Assembly: GCF_963921235.1 (NCBI RefSeq)
Contig: NC_086111.1
Span: 38,750,001-38,814,000, forward strand
From: Mobula hypostoma
Lineage: Eukaryota
Length of the DNA: 64,000 bases
Direction of reading: 5' to 3'
The notes under the pieces were generated by a model, which saw only the letters and a list, made by a program, of their open reading frames with translations, was not told the DNA's origin and ran no database searches. Positions 63,705-64,000 of this stretch are shown here, in pieces (positions within the stretch are counted from its first letter, which is position 1; the number at the start of each line of letters is the position of its first letter). Both the position numbers and the translations under genes were made by a program.

Positions 63705-63990
63705 GACACACTTTACAACCAATGAAGCACATTAAAAGGATACTTCATTGGGTATAACTTGTAATATTTACTATATTACTGTTGTCCTATAGGAAATGTA
63801 GCTGACACCATGAACAACAGTCTTTCAGAAATAGCAATGTGATAATTTTCTAATGACTGTTTCAGCGATGTTGGTTGAGATATCAATATTGGCCTGACCT
63901 CCAGGGCTAATTCCTGCTCTTCTTCGAAGCAGTGTCAAGTTATGTTCCGGAGCAGACAGAGTTTGAGTTTAATATCTCAACCAATAGATG
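63705..63990 (-). mobile_element. DeuSINE (SacSINE1/AmnSINE-like) remnant
   Basis: gatgttggttgagatatcaatattggcc...cctgctcttcttcgaa...gcagacagagtttgagtttaatatctca matches the recalled reverse complement of the Deu domain. Confidence 0.6.
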
Positions 63991-64000
63991 GATAGATGGG

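Overview
Vertebrate genomic DNA, not prokaryotic. The repeat families point to a cartilaginous fish, probably a ray (inference). Almost the whole window is one large intron of a FoxP gene, most likely FOXP1, transcribed on the + strand. The only clear host coding sequence is a 90-nt phase-0 exon at 62961-63050 ([30 protein letters not shown]). About 1.3 kb upstream lies a non-coding homologue of the mammalian FOXP1 alternative first exon, with its splice donor apparently retained. The rest is AT-rich intron with candidate conserved non-coding elements and dense, often nested transposons: CR1, Rex1/Babar, L2-like and RTE LINEs, Penelope-like elements (PLEs), an internally deleted Gypsy element plus a solo LTR, hAT and Tigger DNA elements, SINEs and an 84-bp minisatellite. 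The most notable hidden features are self-cleaving RNA motifs. (1) An HDV-like double pseudoknot starts within 2 nt of the 5' end of a TSD-flanked non-autonomous RTE element and has an unusual hairpin inserted in L3 (35509-35701, - strand). (2) Several minimal hammerhead ribozymes sit in palindromic PLE insertions; the two intact cores are antisense to the host gene. All family assignments come from motif recognition and recalled sequences, not database searches. Boundaries of degenerate repeats are approximate.
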